NCBI GenBank assembly: GCA_046538155.1
Contig: JBKHJL010000025.1
Location: 1-17,980, forward strand
Source of the DNA: Candidatus Micrarchaeia archaeon
GTDB taxonomy: Archaea; Micrarchaeota; Micrarchaeia; Anstonellales; Bilamarchaeaceae
Length of the DNA: 17,980 nucleotides
Direction: 5' to 3'
Shown here: piece by piece, positions 15,488-17,980 of the stretch
Numbering within the stretch: the stretch's first letter is position 1
How the letters are laid out: each line of letters opens with the position of its first letter
Program-made: the position numbers and the translations under genes
Notes under the pieces: generated by a model
What the model was told of the DNA's origin: nothing
Seen by the model: the letters and a program-made list of their open reading frames with translations, nothing else
The model's database searches: none

Positions 15488-16165
15488 TCAACTCTCAAGA
15501 AGCAAATCATGCTCAAGCATCTTCTCAAGCTTTTCCACAACTTCGGAATAAATCTTCTCCCCTTTCTCCCTGCTTATGTCCCCCACGTTTCCAATGTAAC
15601 CTGAAGGAGTAAACAAATCATCCGGAGCGGGCACAACCGCTCCCACATAATCCTTCCGGGGCTCCTGGGCAGGCGGCTTTCTCAGGGAATAACCTGCCGC
15701 AAGAACGAGTGAGGACTCAACCTCATCTGCATGGCCTGCCTCAACCTCAGTGAGCTTCCACCATTCCACCACCGCTGCCCGGAAATCAAAATCATCCGCC
15801 AGCTCCTTCAGGGAAGACTTTACAGGGCCGGTATTGCCCCCGTGGCCGATAATCACCAGGATGCGGGTGAATCCCTCACGGAAAAGCTCTGAAAAAATTT
15901 CTTCTGCGACCGTGTGCAGGGTGCGGGAAGTAAGGCTGATTGCCCCGGGGTATTTCCGCAGGGTATACACATACCCGAAATTTACCGGTGGGAAAACCAC
16001 CACATCTGCCTTTTTTTCAAGCCTGCGGGCGAGCTCCCAGGGGATTATTGAATCTGTATCCAGCGGAAGGTGCCTGCCGTGTGGCTCTATCGCCCCAAAA
16101 ACGACAACGGCGGGCTTTCCCCTGGCCTCCCTGAATTCTTCCCAGCTTACTTCTCCTGCATACAT
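15488..16165 (-). CDS. Creatininase-family amidohydrolase (ArfB/MftE-like; substrate unknown)
   Basis: GAIEPHGRHLPLDTD, GHGGN and HADEVES metal-binding motifs. Confidence 0.88.
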   Translation of the reverse strand: MYAGEVSWEEFREARGKPAVVVFGAIEPHGRHLPLDTDSIIPWELARRLEKKADVVVFPPVNFGYVYTLRKYPGAISLTSRTLHTVAEEIFSELFREGFTRILVIIGHGGNTGPVKSSLKELADDFDFRAAVVEWWKLTEVEAGHADEVESSLVLAAGYSLRKPPAQEPRKDYVGAVVPAPDDLFTPSGYIGNVGDISREKGEKIYSEVVEKLEKMLEHDLLLES

Positions 16166-16173
16166 CCAAACAT

Positions 16174-16770
16174 CTACTCAAGATCTTCGTGGAGCTCGGT
16201 TCTCCGGAACTCCACACGGCTCATCGGGGTAACCTGCCTCAGCTGGTTGAAAATCTTGGAGGCGAGGCGGCCATGGATTATCTCCTGCATAAGGGAGTAA
16301 TAATCATATTCCCCTGAAGCCTCTGAAAGCTGTTCCTCTATAATCTCCCTGAGATTCTTCCTCATTGTTTCGCTTATGCGCTCCCTGGTGACTGCAATAA
16401 GCTTTACCCTTACATTGCGGTCATCGCTGGTCGGCAGGTCCCTTATCGTGTGGAGGACAGTCCTCCTTCTCCTTACCAGGGTGCGGATATATCCCGGGGA
16501 AAGGTTATGCCCTATAAGCTCGGTATACGCGGTCTTTCCCTTCACATCCTTTATCCTGAAGTTAAGGGTAGTATATATGTTTGCCTGGGACATCTTGCCG
16601 GTCATATCCCTGAGACTGACAGGTATAATCCTGTGCATAACCTTGCTATCGTCCGTTGCCAGCACCTCTCCCAGCTCCTTTGAGTCAAACTCCTGGGGGG
16701 CAACCACCATGTACCATTCTTTTGACTTCTTTTTTTCAGTTTTTCTTGATTTTCTCCTTGGTTTAGCCAT
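16174..16770 (-). CDS. rps3ae: 30S ribosomal protein S3Ae (eS1)
   Basis: K.WY.V.AP..F, YIRTLVRRR and P..RVEFRR motifs. Confidence 0.95.
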   Translation of the reverse strand: MAKPRRKSRKTEKKKSKEWYMVVAPQEFDSKELGEVLATDDSKVMHRIIPVSLRDMTGKMSQANIYTTLNFRIKDVKGKTAYTELIGHNLSPGYIRTLVRRRRTVLHTIRDLPTSDDRNVRVKLIAVTRERISETMRKNLREIIEEQLSEASGEYDYYSLMQEIIHGRLASKIFNQLRQVTPMSRVEFRRTELHEDLE

Positions 16771-16780
16771 CTGAACACCC

Positions 16781-17236
16781 TCACTTCACCAGCAGAGCCG
16801 CAGTCTCAGGGTCATACTTCCATCCTGCAGGGATGCGCCCGGACTTCCTGTAGTATTTTGAAAGCCTGTGTATCTTGGACTCCACATGAGTAAGCTTTAC
16901 CCTGTTGTGGGTATCCATCTTATTCTGCTTCAGGTGGTTTCTCATCACAACTGCCTTTTTTATCAGGCTTAGGATGTCCTCGGGGAATTTTGCGGTAAGC
17001 TTTTCCTTCTCCAGGAACTCCCGCATACTCATTCCAAGAACCCTGCTCACCAGCGGGACGCTGTATTGGTCCCTGAGCACGAGCCCGATTTTTGCAGGGG
17101 GAACTCCCTCGCGGGCAAGCTTCCTTATGGTTTCCTCTACCTCTTCCTTTGAATAGGAAGACCATTCCGGCTTTCCCTCCTTTTTTGGCGGGTTTGAGCC
17201 AGACTTTCCTTTCTTTCTAGAATGTAATTTTGCCAT
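16781..17236 (-). CDS. rps15: 30S ribosomal protein S15 (uS15, archaeal type)
   Basis: True start MAKLHSRKKGKSGS at ATG 17236. Motifs IGLVLRDQY, PED, ESKIHRLSKYY and WKY. Confidence 0.96.
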   Translation of the reverse strand: MAKLHSRKKGKSGSNPPKKEGKPEWSSYSKEEVEETIRKLAREGVPPAKIGLVLRDQYSVPLVSRVLGMSMREFLEKEKLTAKFPEDILSLIKKAVVMRNHLKQNKMDTHNRVKLTHVESKIHRLSKYYRKSGRIPAGWKYDPETAALLVK

Positions 17237-17240
17237 TCCT

Positions 17241-17843
17241 TCACACTCCCTGGGAAACACCCAGTTTTTTGTCCTGCTTATTCCTGCTTTCCTGCAGGAA
17301 TTCTCCAAGTTTTTCCAATGCCCTTTTCCTGTGGGAAAGGGCGGTTTTCATACCTGGACTCTCGGCGAAGGTCTTTTCCCCGGAATGGCGAATTCCCGGG
17401 AATTTTTCTGGTATGAATATGGGGTCGTATCCGAATCCTCCGGAGCCCCTGCTCTCATCAGATATTCTTCCTTTCACAGAACCCGTGAAAGCATGGAGCG
17501 CTTTTCCATCCGTGTATCCAATACAGGCACGGAACTCAGCAGGCTTCCCGGAAGCCAGGCGCAGAATGCCCCTGTTCCCGAGTTTCCTGAACACCCAGGC
17601 GGAATAAGGCCCGGGGAATCCATTCAGCGAAGGGATGAAAAGCCCGGAATCCTCAACAAAAAGAGGCTGGCCGAGCCCGGCATACGCTTCGCGGGCGGAT
17701 GCGGATGCAATTTCCTCCAGCGAGTCGCTTCTTATCTCGTTTATCTGGAGGTTTTGGTGGGAAATATTGACACCGAAGTCTTTTAAAATCTTTTCTGCTT
17801 CGGCAAACTTCCCGCTGTTGCCCGTAACAAAGCAAACCTGCAT
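17241..17843 (-). CDS. rdgB: RdgB/HAM1 non-canonical purine NTP pyrophosphatase
   Basis: FVTGNSGK, VEDSGL, GFPGPYS, GFGYDPIF and SHR motifs. Confidence 0.94.
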   Translation of the reverse strand: MQVCFVTGNSGKFAEAEKILKDFGVNISHQNLQINEIRSDSLEEIASASAREAYAGLGQPLFVEDSGLFIPSLNGFPGPYSAWVFRKLGNRGILRLASGKPAEFRACIGYTDGKALHAFTGSVKGRISDESRGSGGFGYDPIFIPEKFPGIRHSGEKTFAESPGMKTALSHRKRALEKLGEFLQESRNKQDKKLGVSQGV

Positions 17844-17878
17844 ATGCAGTTTAGCTGGAGCAATATATTAAAAATAAA

Positions 17879-17980
17879 CTACTTGCGGGAAATTTCGGAA
17901 AAGCTGGATTTCATCATCCTGAGGCTCTGGTTGAATTCACTACTGAGCCCATTGTGCCAGGCAAATGCACGCAGGGAGTC
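17879..17980 (-). CDS. Probable C-terminal end of an upstream gene (enters from beyond the window)
   Basis: Open frame DSLRAFAWHNGLSSEFNQSLRMMKSSFSEISRK* ends just before the rdgB upstream region. Too short to assign. Confidence 0.4.
   Translation of the reverse strand, partial: DSLRAFAWHNGLSSEFNQSLRMMKSSFSEISRK

Noticed and set aside
15484..15540. Upstream extensions of nac (to 15540) and similarly rps15 (to 17308)
   Set aside because: They overlap the preceding genes. The conserved N-termini start at 15483 and 17236.
4387..17871. Numerous other 60-200 aa ORFs antisense or out of frame to assigned genes
   Set aside because: They overlap well-supported conserved genes and show no motifs of their own.
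1..17980. CRISPR array, integrase/transposase, reverse transcriptase/DGR, or an att duplicate of the tRNA 3' end
   Set aside because: By eye I found no regularly spaced repeats, no such protein motifs and no second copy of the tRNA end within the window.
17879..17980. Terminal partial ORF as Bud32 kinase (often near kae1/rdgB)
   Set aside because: The C-terminus lacks the RGRY-type ending characteristic of Bud32.

Overview
This is an archaeal chromosomal window, most likely from a DPANN archaeon of the Micrarchaeota type. The lineage is inferred from archaeal ribosomal and translation genes, GGTGA ribosome-binding sites, TATA promoters and compact operons. Positions ~3700-17980 are GC-richer core genome: tRNA-Ala(GGC), Lsm, TrkA/TrkH, a three-gene ECF transporter, a lipoprotein, an eIF5A-S24e-S27ae-CPBP-Kae1 operon, TatD, a NYN protein, a membrane protein, endonuclease III and an RdgB-S15-S3Ae-creatininase-NAC-mevalonate kinase operon. 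Positions 1-~3600, off the 3' end of the tRNA, form an accessory block that is largely AT-richer. It holds two type II toxin-antitoxin pairs (RelE-like and VapBC), a HAD hydrolase fused to a truncated sulfotransferase domain, a Tat-type lipoprotein with a long N-terminal extension and a partial orphan ORF. The most notable observations are the HAD-sulfotransferase fusion remnant, a tRNA with paired non-canonical elbow bases (A18/G55), a pseudoknot-capable intergenic segment and a CPBP protease embedded in the S27ae-kae1 cluster. I found no CRISPR array, integrase, transposase or clearly demonstrable new multi-gene system.
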